A stretch of DNA of 64,000 bases, taken from Chlorokybus atmophyticus. Its lineage: Eukaryota > Plantae > Mesostigma and Chlorokybus algae. Position 1 is the first letter of the stretch. The number at the start of each line of letters is the position of its first letter. The translations under genes were made by a program, and so were the position numbers. Location: NCBI GenBank assembly GCA_009103225.1, contig RHPI01002112.1, forward strand, positions 72,449-136,448. Reading direction: 5' to 3'. Below are positions 28,301-40,378 of this stretch, in pieces. The notes below the pieces were generated by a model. It had not been told where the DNA came from, did no database searches, and worked only from the letters and a program-made list of their open reading frames with translations.

Positions 28301-31300
28301 TGTGACTGGAGCATACGATCGCGCGCGGCGTCAACAGTGCTGGAGGCTTCTCCTGCTGCTACTACGAAGACCTCCAGCGCAGCAGCCGCTGATGCCTGCA
28401 GCAGTATGCCCAGCATCAAAGAACCGTTTTTGATTGATCAACTTGTGCATGCGCGCGTACGCGTGTGAGTGCATGTGTTTGTGCGTGCATGCGCGCGTGT
28501 GTGCGCAGCAAGGCTAACAAAGGCATGATACTCTATAGGAGGCATGCCATCATACTCATACTCAATTATGCAATGTTCAAGACAGTTTCTGTCAGCACCT
28601 GCACTTCGGCTTCTTTCGATACAGCCAGCCGCATAACAAGCTCCGGTAGCGGTCCATACAGCAGAGGCCAGTTCTGACTCACGCTGAGACCAAAGTGCCC
28701 CACGAACCCGCTTGCCTGAACGACAACAACAACAACATGTCAACCCACACGCATGCACGCGCATCAAGGTGGGTGTACATACTTCACTTCTGACCTGATG
28801 GCGAGCATAGTCCGCAACCGTGATGTTGGCCAGGATGGAAGCCGCGAGATGTCCCGCCTTGCGCCCGACATCATCCGGCAGCGAGCTTTTTGGCGACGGC
28901 AGCAAACCGGGCGACTTGGGAGTGGTTGGGGATGTGGGTTCCGTGTCCACGCCATCTGCTAGCGACGCCATGGGCACCGCAGCAACCTTCAGGAAGGTCT
29001 CCATTGTGGACACGAGCGGTGCGCCGTCTACGGTGGCTTCCTGTGCTGCAATGTTACACGGATTGTCAGATCATTCCTTGAAAGTAGACAAAAGCTGCAG
29101 GGGACAGAGACCCACACACAACACGTACACACGTGCGCACGCATGCACATGCGCACGCATTGGCACATGCACGTGCGCACCCTTGCACACGCGCAAATGC
29201 ACACACGCACACACATGCACGTGGACACCCGCACTCCCCATTCCAACATGCACACTTACTTCTTGGTTGGCCCTGCAGAAGGATGCACTCAAGGTTGCCT
29301 GGCCGCTTAGAGAGGTTCTTGACCGCGCCGGCAGCGGCCAAAGCGCCAGCAAGGTTGCCGGTCGCCATCATGAGCGTCATCAGCGCCGCAACCGCCCCGG
29401 GTGCACGCCCAATGCGATCCTGCGCACATGCACACAAGCACACAACTCAGCGAGCATCAAGGTGCGTGCGTGCATGCCTGCCTGCTCGCGCGTGTGGGTG
29501 GGTGTATGTGAGTACACGTGTGCGTGCATATGGCATGCACCTGCGCAAATACCTGTACAACAAGCTGAGCTTGCATTGTGCGCGGCGACCCAAACCCCAC
29601 GCTTTGTCTTCCGTTCCCCGACCCCGGCGACAGCGCCAGGTATGGCGACGACCCATACGAGCGCGGGCTGGTTTTGCCTGCAACCGGCGATGGCGAGCGT
29701 CGGTCCGTGACGAGAGCCGACATAGCGTATGCGCCCCCTCCGGTGAACAAGCTGTTGCGCGCAGATGGGGATGCGAGGTCACCATTCTGCGCGGCCTTCT
29801 CCTTGTCGGAAGCTACGGTCAGGTTTTTCAAAGCACCGGCAATGTAGGCTGCCGCGTCCGAGTTGATTGCCAAGCTCACCTGCAGCACATAAAGTTGATG
29901 GACATACCCAACACACCTGCACTAAACGCCACAGCGTTGTGTGTGCTTGTGTGTGGGTTGTGCCGTGTGCCAACATTGTGTGTGTGTGTTGAATGTTTGC
30001 GTTCTCGCACAAGCATTTGCGGGTGTGTTAGCAGTTAAGCGTTCAACATGGCAAAACAACTGTGCACTACCAATACGACAGAGGCTTGCAAAGATGTGCA
30101 CAACTATCAGCAGAAAGCACTTACTGCTCGTCGCAATGCGTCAATCAGGACTGTCAATGCTGCAGGATGGCTGATGATGGCCTCTTTGCAATCGGGGTCC
30201 AGCGCAAGCACGCCCAACACCCCGCCTCCATGTGCAGCGCCCGTCCAGCCATTGGTCTCTTGCGATGACAACTTTGTTGACGGCAAGTCACCTGCAACAC
30301 GAGCATTGTTCGTACAAGGCGTGCTCGAAAACATACATACTGCTACTACCCCAGCGCAACTTCAACCTGCCGACACCGACCTGGTTTTGGGCAGAACACT
30401 TGGTTTGCGGCTTCAGTTCCATCAACAATCAGTGCCGTGACTCCATCAATTACGCCAGGTGTGAGCCCAACAGAACGCCTCTCCTCGCCTTCGCCCTCGG
30501 CAAGCTTCCAGATGGCACCTGCTGCAGCCACCCTGGCAGCCCGCAGATTGCATATGAGACATGAGGCTACGCCACCTCCACATGTTGTGACGCACACGCA
30601 CATGCGCACCGGCACGCTTGCGCAGATAAACATACATGTACAGACACGTATAGTTAGTGACTTGCCTCAGTGCCCATGGCCCGTCTGCATGCAGGGCAGT
30701 TGCGAGCGCTTCAAGTGTTTGCGAGTGCAAAGCAGCTTTGTGCCGGAACTCCTTGTCATTGGCTAAGTTGCAGAGCGTGCCAGCGGCATGCACGCGCGCG
30801 CTGCAGTCGTCCTCCAGATCCGACTGTGTGTCTGGTAAAGTGACAGTTATGCGTGTGTGTGTGCGCGTGTATGTGTGTGTGCGCGCAACCCCCCTGAAAG
30901 TCACTATTTCTCTCAACAAATGGACGATCAGATGTTCAGTACAGCAAAACTCACCAGCCAACAGCCCAGTGATCGCGGGCAATGCGTCCGTGATCACCCC
31001 AACAGCTGAACTTGTTTCTGTGTCGGCCAAGGTAAGGTTCCAAAGTGCGCCTGGAAAAGATTAGGAAGGATGTTGGCAGTGCAGTGCACACTTTTCTAGC
31101 GTGCTTTTCATACGCAAGCAAGGCTGGTGCAATTCCTTACCGGCTGCGGGTGCTCGCACGCAGCTATAGGGAGACCGTAACAACGCGATCAGCGAGTGCA
31201 ACACGTTGGGCGAAGTGGCAATACGCGCGCAATGCGTTGGCTCCAACGCCAGATTCCACACGGCTCCAGCAGCAAATGCCTGGCGGCATAACAATGCATA

Positions 31301-32932
31301 AACACGCGCTCAAGTTGCCAGCATCACGGCATTCTCAATACCCCAAACCAAACACAACTGTGTCTCAAAAGCCACATACCTGAGCCAAAGCATCCGGAGA
31401 GGGTTCACCGTTCTTCCCCGGCACCTGTCCAGTGTTTCCACACATGAGCAACGCGCAGTGGAAGCATGTCATGGTGGCTTCCAATGTATGAGCCACACAA
31501 CCATCCAAGCCTCATGCCTCTGCCACTGGACAGCATCATCCACGCATTGTCGCCCTATACCTGCGGGTGGGACAGGACTCCAACAAGCCCTGCCAAGGCT
31601 TCTGGGTGCGCAGCAATGGCGGCTTGAGCTTCGCAGCCGGCCGCAGCCGCATTGCGCAGAGCACCCGCGGCCAGGAGCCGCACATTGGCATCTGCCAGGC
31701 AGCAGACATTACTGTAACGCTCAAGCACACGCACAGGCACAGGCACACACAATGCACACACGCACGTACGCACACTTCTGCAACTACACATGCGCGCGCA
31801 CGCACACACGATGTGTCTCACATGCTTGCACGTGCACACACAGACAGTTGCATGCAGCAAAGCACCATGCAACAACAGCAGGTGAGCACGAGGTGACTCT
31901 GTTCCACAACCCGGAATCCAAGACTGGCTCACCTAACGATGTCAACAGGTTCACCAGTCCTTCAAGCGCACCCGGCAGGATAAGTATCGTTTGACCGATG
32001 CAGGACAGGTTGCCCAATGCGCTGGCAGCGTAAGCCTGTTTGCAGAACAATCGGTTTTGAGCATGACATGGGTGGGCGAAGGCGCGCACGCAAACCCAAG
32101 AGCACACGGCAGCTCTTGAGCGACTTGCAGTGCTCATTGTGGTTCAAAACATCCCAGAATGCATATGCTCGGCGGCTTGCAAACACCTTCCGTTCGTAAA
32201 GGTAGCCACATGCATATTCCCATGCGCATAGCATGTGTGGGTGGGTGTGGGGTGTGTGGGAGGGGGGGGGCAAAGCGTGCGTTGCATGTTGTGTAACACT
32301 CATGCGGCTTTAATAATGCGCCTAGGCTGTTACATGGCTACTCGCATGTACTTGACGAATCCAACAGGCGACCTCTCTGGGCGTCAGTGCAGTTCAACGG
32401 CACAGCATTTGATAGGTACGCCGTACCACTTATGCAAAGGGTGAAAGCAAGCTAACTAGGGCAACATCTGCTGTCCATTTGCCGCTAGTTGAGTGAAACA
32501 ACCTGTGCGGAGTATTGTTCTCCAAGCTGTTCATGCCGTGATTGTACTGCAGCTACCCTGCAGTGGTATAAGCAGAGCTAAACAAGATTCTTTGGCTGTG
32601 CGCGCCTTTAATTATGTTCATGCTGTAACTGAAACTGAAACTAGCAACAGTGTTACAATGACAGCTGAGCAAGGTGCAACGCGTCTGCGTGTGTGTGTGT
32701 GTGTGCTTGTGTATGTGTACGTGTAGAAGTTAACCAGACAACATGCCTGAACGCTGGGGTCGGCATGGGAGAGTAGTGGCACGAGATCGGCGGTGCTGGT
32801 GGGCTGGTGGCCGACGCGCTGCGCGTGCCCATGCTGCTTGCCTCCATGGCCAACCACCCCGCCACCGCCTCCGCCGGCTCGCGCCGTGGTGGCCACTGTG
32901 CCCTCACCACTCACCAATTGCTTTGCACTCAC
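19371..32932 (-). CDS. Very large armadillo (ARM)-repeat protein with many exons (start exon uncertain, about 33020)
   Basis: Repeated ARM signatures across exons: AYAASALGNL, LLAAGALRNAA, FAAGAVWNLAL, HAAGTLCNLAND, AAAGAIWKLA, YIAGALKNLTV, AAAGAVKNLS, LAASILANIT, AYAAGTLGNLANH, TAAGAVRNLAL, YCAGTLC, TAAGALRNLAE, YATQALANLA, GATGALRNII. The last exon has an Asn-rich tract and ends at 19371. Introns are full of CA/TG repeats. Confidence 0.85.
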
Positions 32933-32974
32933 TCAACCGGTGCTCATAAGCACCGGTTGAGTGAATGCAAAGCA
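32919..32974. repeat. 26-bp inverted repeat with 4-nt loop (hairpin)
   Basis: tgctttgcactcactcaaccggtgct-cata-agcaccggttgagtgaatgcaaagca: 25 of 26 pairs are Watson-Crick, and the single mismatch is a G-U pair on the minus strand. Confidence 0.9.
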
Positions 32975-33086
32975 GGCAGCGACCAGCGCATCCTCCCTCC
33001 CCCAAACACACTGCCGCCCATGTCCGTCGCTGTCACCAAGTGGCTACCACTGAGCGTCTGGGTCAGCTGTCACAGCCCACACACGC

Positions 33087-33740
33087 TAGGCCAGGCCAGG
33101 CAGCAGCTTGGGCGTTTCGCTCTCAAGCTGCTCTAGGCTTAAGCCTAAACACTTGCAAGCAAGCCACTGCTCTCTAAGCAAGCGGCACCAGAGTAGCCAA
33201 CAGTCAGGCCAGGCCAGGCTGGTGGGCTGTGTGCGCAAGCAAGCAGCAAGTCAACCGTTTCCCATCATCTCCCTCTTGCCCTATACCTGCTCCGTGTCGT
33301 CCTTTCCCTCGTCCGCCTCCACCTCCGTCGCCCAGAGCAAACCCTAAGCTCAGGCGGTGCCCAGCCAGCTTCTGCCCTGCGGCCTGCTCATTGCCTGGGC
33401 GACCGGTCCGACCCGCAGGTTGCAACTACCAGCCGGCGGGCGGGCGCGATGGCGACCGGTAAGTCCTGTCTTAACTGCCGGCTGTTTGATTGCAGAACCG
33501 GTTCATCAATTGATTGTTCACTTGCACGTGACCTGCGACAGCGGCGGTTAGGCCGGACCGGACCAGGCTAGCCCAGGCCAGGCCAGGCCAGGGGCGGCGG
33601 CGGCGCACCGCGTACAGTCTAAGAGAACGTGTAGCAGGCCGGTCCGGAGGCCAAGCGTTCTGTTTGTGGGCGGCCTGGGCGGGTGGTAGGCCAGGCCCGA
33701 CAGCCATCAGGCCAAGCCTGGCCAGGCCAGGCTAGGCCTG
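33087..33740. promoter_or_regulatory. Divergent ARM/Tctex1 promoter region with telo-box (33339-33347) and clustered (GGCCA)n motifs
   Basis: AAACCCTAA at 33339. GGCCAGGCCAGG-type runs near 33090, 33207, 33575, 33690 and 33720. Confidence 0.4.
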
Positions 33741-33765
33741 TCTTGGGCGAGGAGGCGGCAACAAC

Positions 33766-34624
33766 ATGCCTTACGCGGAGGATGACTTGTACGGCGGCGG
33801 GGCGAAGGCGGACACGGGTGTGAGTGCTGAGGAGGTGGAAACCATCGTCAAGGAGGTACAAGAGGAGAGACGACACTTGCAAAACGTTGCGGCGTGGTGG
33901 TTAACTTGTCGTAGGCTTGACCATGGCGCCTGTTGCCTCGGATTGTGTGTCTAGTTTGGCATGTCTTGCATGCAGTCACACCTCATAATATGTGCTAGAC
34001 AGTGAACAACATGTGTATGGCTGGCAGTCCATAGAGGGCGTGCTTGGGCAAACGGCGTTTCAGCTCAACAAAATCAACGCATGGACTTCGAACGTAGTGG
34101 TAAGTGACAATGGTTGGGGAAGCAAAACGTAACAGCCAGTTTAAGGACAACTTGACTGATATCTGTAAACACAAGGACTGATTGCTGGCAAACCCAACTC
34201 CAACATCATGCTGTTTATCTGGCAGGAAGGCTGCTTGAAGCAGTTGGCTTCATTGAATCTACACTACAAATACGTTGGTAAGTGCAGTGGCAGCGGAGCG
34301 TCGAAGTGCTTTTACGAAGTGTTATATGGTGTACTACTGACGAAACCCAACTTGTTTCAAAACACAGTGACATGCAACCTGATTCAAAAGACTGGCGGTG
34401 GAGTACATACAGCGAGCACGAGTCTTTGGGACCCAAGCACTGATGGTAAGAATCTTTAAGTACCAATTACAACCAGGTTGCAAGGTACAACAAGCTAAGG
34501 CAATTTAGCGATTTGCCTTGAGCTTGAAGCCAACTGTGGGTGTTGCCCCGCAGGCAAGCACACTGTACAATGGGAGAATGTCACTATGCACTGCATTGTG
34601 ACAGTGTACTGGCTGGCCATATGA
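33766..34624 (+). CDS. DYNLT1: Dynein light chain, Tctex-type (5 exons)
   Basis: Exons 33766-33855, 34028-34099, 34226-34277, 34368-34445 and 34554-34624 give MPYAEDD...VSAEEVETIVKE SIEGVLGQTAFQLNKINAWTSNVV EGCLKQLASLNLHYKYVVTCNLIQKTGGGVHTASTSLWDPSTDGKHTVQWENVTMHCIVTVYWLAI*. Confidence 0.9.
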
Positions 34625-34932
34625 CACAGCCTAGCCGTCATGGGATACAATGAGGCCTGTCACAGTGCTCAATCCTGTACAAAACGCAACCAGCGGCGCC
34701 AACATGCATAGTCCTCTCTCCAAGCGGGTTGAAGCAATCAGGCCTTCACATTGTGTAACGATCTGCGTGAGCACACAGTGATGAGCCCATGTCAATGGCA
34801 GTGTGAGCAAGAGAGCAATGAACAGTGACCAACCTGTAGGACTGTTGGCTATGAGGATTGCTTTTGCCGGCTGGCCACTAGCGTAGACCTGATCTGTGTT
34901 GATTATAATAGCACTAGTATGCTAGGCTTCAG

Positions 34933-36556
34933 TCAATCTAGTGACTTGCGCTTGTCCTGCACACAATGCAAGCTTGCGTTTGAAACACAGATGGTGCAGC
35001 AAGACGACGTTTTTTAGAACAAGCAACAAACCAGCTATCACCTTCTTTCGTTTGTGTCGATCGCTCTCATCAGTGTCCCCTTCTCGTTTTCGTTTCTGCA
35101 ACCGATCACAGTTGGCAACGGACAATTTGTCTACAAAACCCAACCACACTGCACCCGTGCGTACTCAACCAAAAGCACCAATCACACATGAATGTGTGAT
35201 TGGTGCTCTTGAAAGCTCTTGTTGCAAGCTGCGCTCGACAGCCGCTGCAGTTGCACTGATCAAACACATAACGACCTGAAGCAGCCGCATGTGTACGCAC
35301 CTGTATATTCATACCCAGCACACCACAACAGTTGACGAACGGAACATCTCACCTTGTGCTTTTTGTGCTTCTTGCGCTCAGACTCCCCGTTTGCCACTAC
35401 ACCGCCTGTGTCCTTATTCTTGTCTCTTTCCTTGTGCTTGTTCTTGTCTCTCTCTTTGTGCTTGTGCTTATGCTTGCGCTCCTCAGGAACTGCTCCAAAA
35501 GTAACCTCACCTTTCGCGCTCTGTCACAGCCCGAGCTCAGGTGCTCAGTAAAGCATGAAGGGAATGGGCTTTGTTTACTCCAGATGACCACACAACATTA
35601 TAGACAGCAGTGTAGTATTTGCTAACGTACAAAAACCTATGCAGAAACACTCGATTGTTAACAACGACCACACTGTGCTTACCTCCGGCAAGTATACGGG
35701 ACCGGATTCTTCGAGAGTGAATGCTGCGCGCAGGACATCAAACGACAATGGTTCAAGCTTTGGGGGCTGCAGAGGAGCTGGCGCCTCCATCAGGTGGCGC
35801 AGCTCAAGGCCCTGTCCGCGGCGGATCACTGTGTCACCAGCGGAGCGGGCGAAGTACCCAGCTTCTGCGATGGACTCCGGCTGCTCTTGCTTCATAGCTT
35901 TCTCCAGAGGCTTGCGCAGGTTGAAGTGCGTGAGCAAGTCGACAGCACCGGTCAGCTCAGGTTCACCTGCAATTGACATTGCACCTCAGAGTGGTCTTGA
36001 CGACAAGCATTGACAGGCATTTGCAAGCACTCAGGCAAGTGCACATGCTGTACAGCTGTTTTGGAATGGGTGTATGAAGATTGGCCTTTGCATAGAACTG
36101 CAACAAAGGCTGATGTGCAAACCAACTCACATCTGAGCTGAGTCAATACGTCAATGGGTTATATACTCCAACTAACATTTTACTTCATATCAAGAGCAAC
36201 TGGGTTGCAGCAGTGCAATGCAAGCTCAGTGCTAGATCCTTGATAAAGAGTGGCACACAACCGATTTTACCATGTAATATATACAGTTTGTACGTCTGCT
36301 CAAGAGTTTTCAAGTCGGCTAACACAGCTGATCCTGTCACCAATGCAATGGGATTATGTTGCACGCCACCAGACAATGCATCTATCAGCAAACTTCAGAC
36401 GAGCAGCTGCACATGCATGCGCACACATGCCCTCTTACGTGGTTCCAACGCGAGACAATAAAATATTACAGCTTCCTTCTTGACAATACGGTCCGTGCCA
36501 TCCCCTCCGCTGGCGGCGGCGGCGGCACCGTCCACAACCGCCGCCGCCGCTGCCAT
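34933..36556 (-). CDS. MED19: Mediator of RNA polymerase II transcription subunit 19 (plant-type)
   Basis: ELTGAVDLLTHFNLR...SIAEAGYFARSAGDTVIRRGQGLELRHL...PLSFDVLRAAFTLEESGPVYLP, followed by Lys/His-rich exons (RKHKHKHKERDKNKHKERDK...KKHKKHK|KRKREGD...|DKRKSLD*). The exon 1-2 phase is not fully resolved. Confidence 0.8.
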
Positions 36557-36627
36557 TGCCACCTTCACCAAGACAAACCAAACCAACCCAGCAACCTGAT
36601 GTCCCGACATTAGGTTTTCTGGCAACT

Positions 36628-36812
36628 AAACCCTAATCTCGCACAAGCCGCACAAGCCGCTCGCACAAGCAGTCTCGCACAAGCTTCAGCCGCTTGGGTC
36701 TTACGAGCCCTCTGATATGCAGGCTGTCCTACCAGTGGCGACATTGGCACAGGCGATTCAAAGATCCGTCCAGCGGTCTGCTTGTGTCCTACTGCGGCGC
36801 TGTATGGGCCCT
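36628..36812. promoter_or_regulatory. Compact bidirectional MED19/RPL5 promoter with telo-box and site II-like motif
   Basis: Only about 310 bp between the divergent ATGs (36556 and 36868). AAACCCTAA at 36628-36636, four CGCACAAGC copies at about 36640-36685, TGGGCC at about 36806. Confidence 0.55.
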
Positions 36813-36867
36813 CTTTCACCCCGGCGGCGGCGGCTGCGGGGAGGGTGTTGCGGGCGGCTGCGGCACC

Positions 36868-38848
36868 ATGGTGAGTGCGGGAGAGAGAACATCTTGCTTG
36901 CTGATCGCTGTCTGTGGCTGTGTTGGGTCTCTAGCTCTGCTGGAATCGGTGCGTGGCTGGCGGGATCAGCAGCCGCCGTTGTTCGCCGTCTGGAGTAGGG
37001 TTGCAGCGGGCGACGGACACTTTGCATTGCTATCATCGCGTAGTTGGTGGCATCAATGTGGGTGCTAGGCCAGTTTCCGTGTGCTACACAGCATATGCGA
37101 CCGGGTGGGAATGCACACATTAAACCGACCTCAGACAATTCCGTGTGCCCTGCGATCGATTTAACAGTGACTTGGCTGTGCATGCACGTCGCCAGCTCCT
37201 GCTCGATCTGCATGCTAACAACATTTTGTCTAGGCCGTAAGATTGTTTGTCATGCTACATCTTGTTTCTAGTCCATTCTCAGTACGGACTGAAAGGTCAT
37301 GGCCGTGCAGAGCTTGTTGCACTTAGATGTTGGTAAATTGCTGTCGAGGGTACGTATCAAAGTGTATATAATGTGAACATCGCCTTACAGGCGTTCCAAA
37401 AAAACACCAAGACTAAGGCGTACTTCAAGCGGTTCCAAGTCAAATACAAGCGCCGCCGCCGTAAGTTGCATTTGTGCACCCAACCTGCGGCAACAATGCT
37501 GTTAGACGTAATATCCCAGTACGACGCGCAGCTTCATGGTTTTGCTGCTCTGTGCAGAGGGGAAGACCGACTACCGCGCACGCCTGCGTTTGGTAACTCA
37601 GGACAAGAACAAGTTCAACACGCCGAAGTACCGCTACATCGTCCGCTTTGTATCCTCTTCAGTGTTTGTCTGTCTGCATTCTTTCTCAAGTAACTTTTGT
37701 TTGTCTCGCTCTTGAGCTGTATCATCAGCAACCCATGAGTATCGCACCCTGCATTGTTTGGGAATGCACTGCAGTTATCCCTTGACCAAACTTCAGACCA
37801 ACAAGGACATTGTTTGCCAAGTCGCCTATGCCACGCTGGGTGGAGATGTGACCGTGGCCTCTGCTTACTCTCATGAGCTCGCCCACTACGGACTGAAGAA
37901 CGGACTCACCAACTACGCTGCTGGTGAGCAGCGACTTGTTCATATGCAGTAGTGATGGCACGCGCGGTCGTAGCAGTTACCACCATTGTGTTCTGGCGCT
38001 GATCTCGAATTATTGCACAGCCTACTGCACAGGCCTGCTGCTGGCTCGGCGCTTGCTGCAGACGTACAAGTTGGACTCCGTTTATGAGGGCAACAAGGAG
38101 GTAAGTGCGTTGCTTGGAGTTTACAGCTGTCCAAGGTGCATTCTTTACTCATTTTCGTTGATCAGGTCAATGGTGAGAACTACACTGTTGAGGAGGTTGA
38201 GGATGGCCCCCGCCCTTTCACAGCGCTTCTCGATGTTGGCCTAAGGCGCACAACCACTGGCAACCGAGTTTTCGGTGCATTGAAGGTGCGCCTGGTTCTG
38301 GACTACTTCTGGCCCTGTAGAGTATCAGTCTGAATTTATCTATTTGTCAGGGTGCTTTGGACGGCGGTATCAACGTTCCCCACAGCGAGAAGCGTTTCCC
38401 TGGTTACGACAAGGAGGGCAAGTCCCTGGACGCCGATGTGCACAGGCGATACATCTATGGTCAGCATGTTGCTGATTATATGAACTTGCTCAAGGAGGAG
38501 GAGCCGGAGAAGTATGCGACACAGTTCTCTCAATACGTTGCTGAGGGTGTTGAGCCTGATGATCTGGAGGACCTCTACGCCAGTGTACACGCTGCCATCC
38601 GCGCAGATCCTGCACTCAAGCGTGCCGAGCGCAAGAAGCCTGCCCAGCCGCAATCGTAAGTGTCCTCATGGTTGTTGGTGCTTATGGCTAGTGTCAGATA
38701 TCCTATGTATGTGGCCAGCACGTTGCATGATCGCTGCTCATGCTGTGCTGTACTCAGGTGGCATCCGAAGAAGCTTACCTACGATGAGCGCAAGGAAGCC
38801 CTCAAGGCCAGGGTTGCCAGCATGCAGGCACAGGAGGAGGAAGATTAG
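36868..38848 (+). CDS. RPL5: 60S ribosomal protein L5 (uL18), 8 exons, first coding exon is the ATG alone
   Basis: ATG|gtgagt...|[23 protein letters not shown]|[31 protein letters not shown]|[12 protein letters not shown]...AYSHEL...GLTNYAA|[11 protein letters not shown]...|...[19 protein letters not shown]|[19 protein letters not shown]...|[12 protein letters not shown]...QEEED*. Confidence 0.98.
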
Positions 38849-39581
38849 GCCTTGTATAGTAATGTGCCTGCGTTGCTGTGCCTGCCAACAATCTTTTCAT
38901 GGATTTTGCTGTTGTTCTGCTCTGTGGGTGTGCAAGTTGTTTGCCAGGGATTGCGGCTGAGTGGCATGGGGCATGTGTCGCCAGTGTCCAGCACATAAAA
39001 TTCCCCCGCAAAGTAGTGCGCATGGTACGCTGCCATGCGTGGGACGCGTGCTATGCGCAGGAATCGTGCCATGTGCGAACTCTAGCGATTGGGCTGGCCC
39101 AAGCCTTGGGTATCTTGTACCAACAATGTGCAACGGAATGGCACATGGCCTATGCCATGTACACGCATTCTAGCATACCATCTCTTGTGCACAAATATCC
39201 CTGGCAGATCTTTTGCACACACGATGGCTTACTCGCATCTATGGTGAAGCAATGTGCTCCATGCAATCACGTCCGCAGCCAAGTCTGCAGAGAAGAACAT
39301 CCCAACATTGAATCATGTGATCAATTCAAAGGGAGTGCCACAATCATTTAAGTTGCTGTGTTGGCAACTGCCATCTGCAGCTTTAAGCCCATCTTTACAT
39401 GTGTTCTGATGGCGATGCGCGAGACTTATATGGCACTTTTCAGGCTCAAATGACGCGAGTATATGGGCGCAGTAATGCATCGTCTCTCTCATATGTTTGC
39501 ATATCAAAGAATGATAATTTAGTGATTCCTCATCACTGACACTGGACGCTTACATGTTAATGATAATAAAGGGTACACATG

Positions 39582-40087
39582 CCCCACCACCCAACCCCAC
39601 CGCAGCACCTAACTGCCAGCCCCAAACCACAACCGACTGCACTGGCACAGCATGCGACATTCAGCCACTGACGACCATGCGGGCAAGTCGCGACAGCCTT
39701 GCACGCAGTTGCGTACTGCTGACGTTGATACTGCAACCCTGGCAGCGTCAACAGCAGCAGGGGCGCAGACTGCCAAGAGAGAAGCAGGGCGGCGGGTGGA
39801 GAGAGAGCGAGTGAGCAGAGGGAGGGGGAGTCCGTCTGCTTTGTGCTGCTGCCACAACTATAGCCACACCGGTGCCTAACTGTGGGGACTCTACTTGTGT
39901 ACAGGTAACTACGCATGCAGGTTGACTAACGGGGCAAGGGCTTAGCGAAAGTAGCTACCTAGTTTGTATAGGTAGCCCGGTGGTGTAAGAAGTTGTTTGC
40001 TGGCGTGTGCAAGTGTGCGTGTGTGTGTGCATGTCATGTTCACAATGCAATGGGGTCACATGCATAACATTGCATATATGTTACACA
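39582..40087 (+). repeat. 5' pseudo-LTR of the PLE
   Basis: Near-identical, same-length direct repeat of 43340-43845 with scattered substitutions. It has no TG...CA termini. Confidence 0.9.
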
Positions 40088-40378
40088 CACTGCCCTGGTT
40101 GGTCAGTCCGACCGTCCCAAGCCAGAGGCCAGCCCAGCGCGCTTGCGCCATTTTGGGTAAGCGGCTGGCTACCCTATGCTTCGGCATGGGTTCGTGCATG
40201 CCACATATGCGTTGTGATGTCATGAATGTCATGAGTGGCATGCGCTCTGTAAGTTGTGAGTGCTTGATCGGGAGCACTCTGCATGTTGAACTAATCTAGA
40301 CAGCTGCTGTGTTGTTAGCTAGAAATAGTGCCCACCCCGTTTGATCATACATAGCAGTGTTGCGAAGGGAACAGCGCC

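Noticed and set aside
37952-38002. Box C/D snoRNA in an RPL5 intron
   Set aside because: The C box is imperfect (GTGATGG), the span is short, and there is no terminal stem or evident rRNA guide
39900-39990. Hammerhead ribozyme in the pLTR
   Set aside because: There is no CUGANGA core and no correctly placed GAAA-stem-UH on either strand
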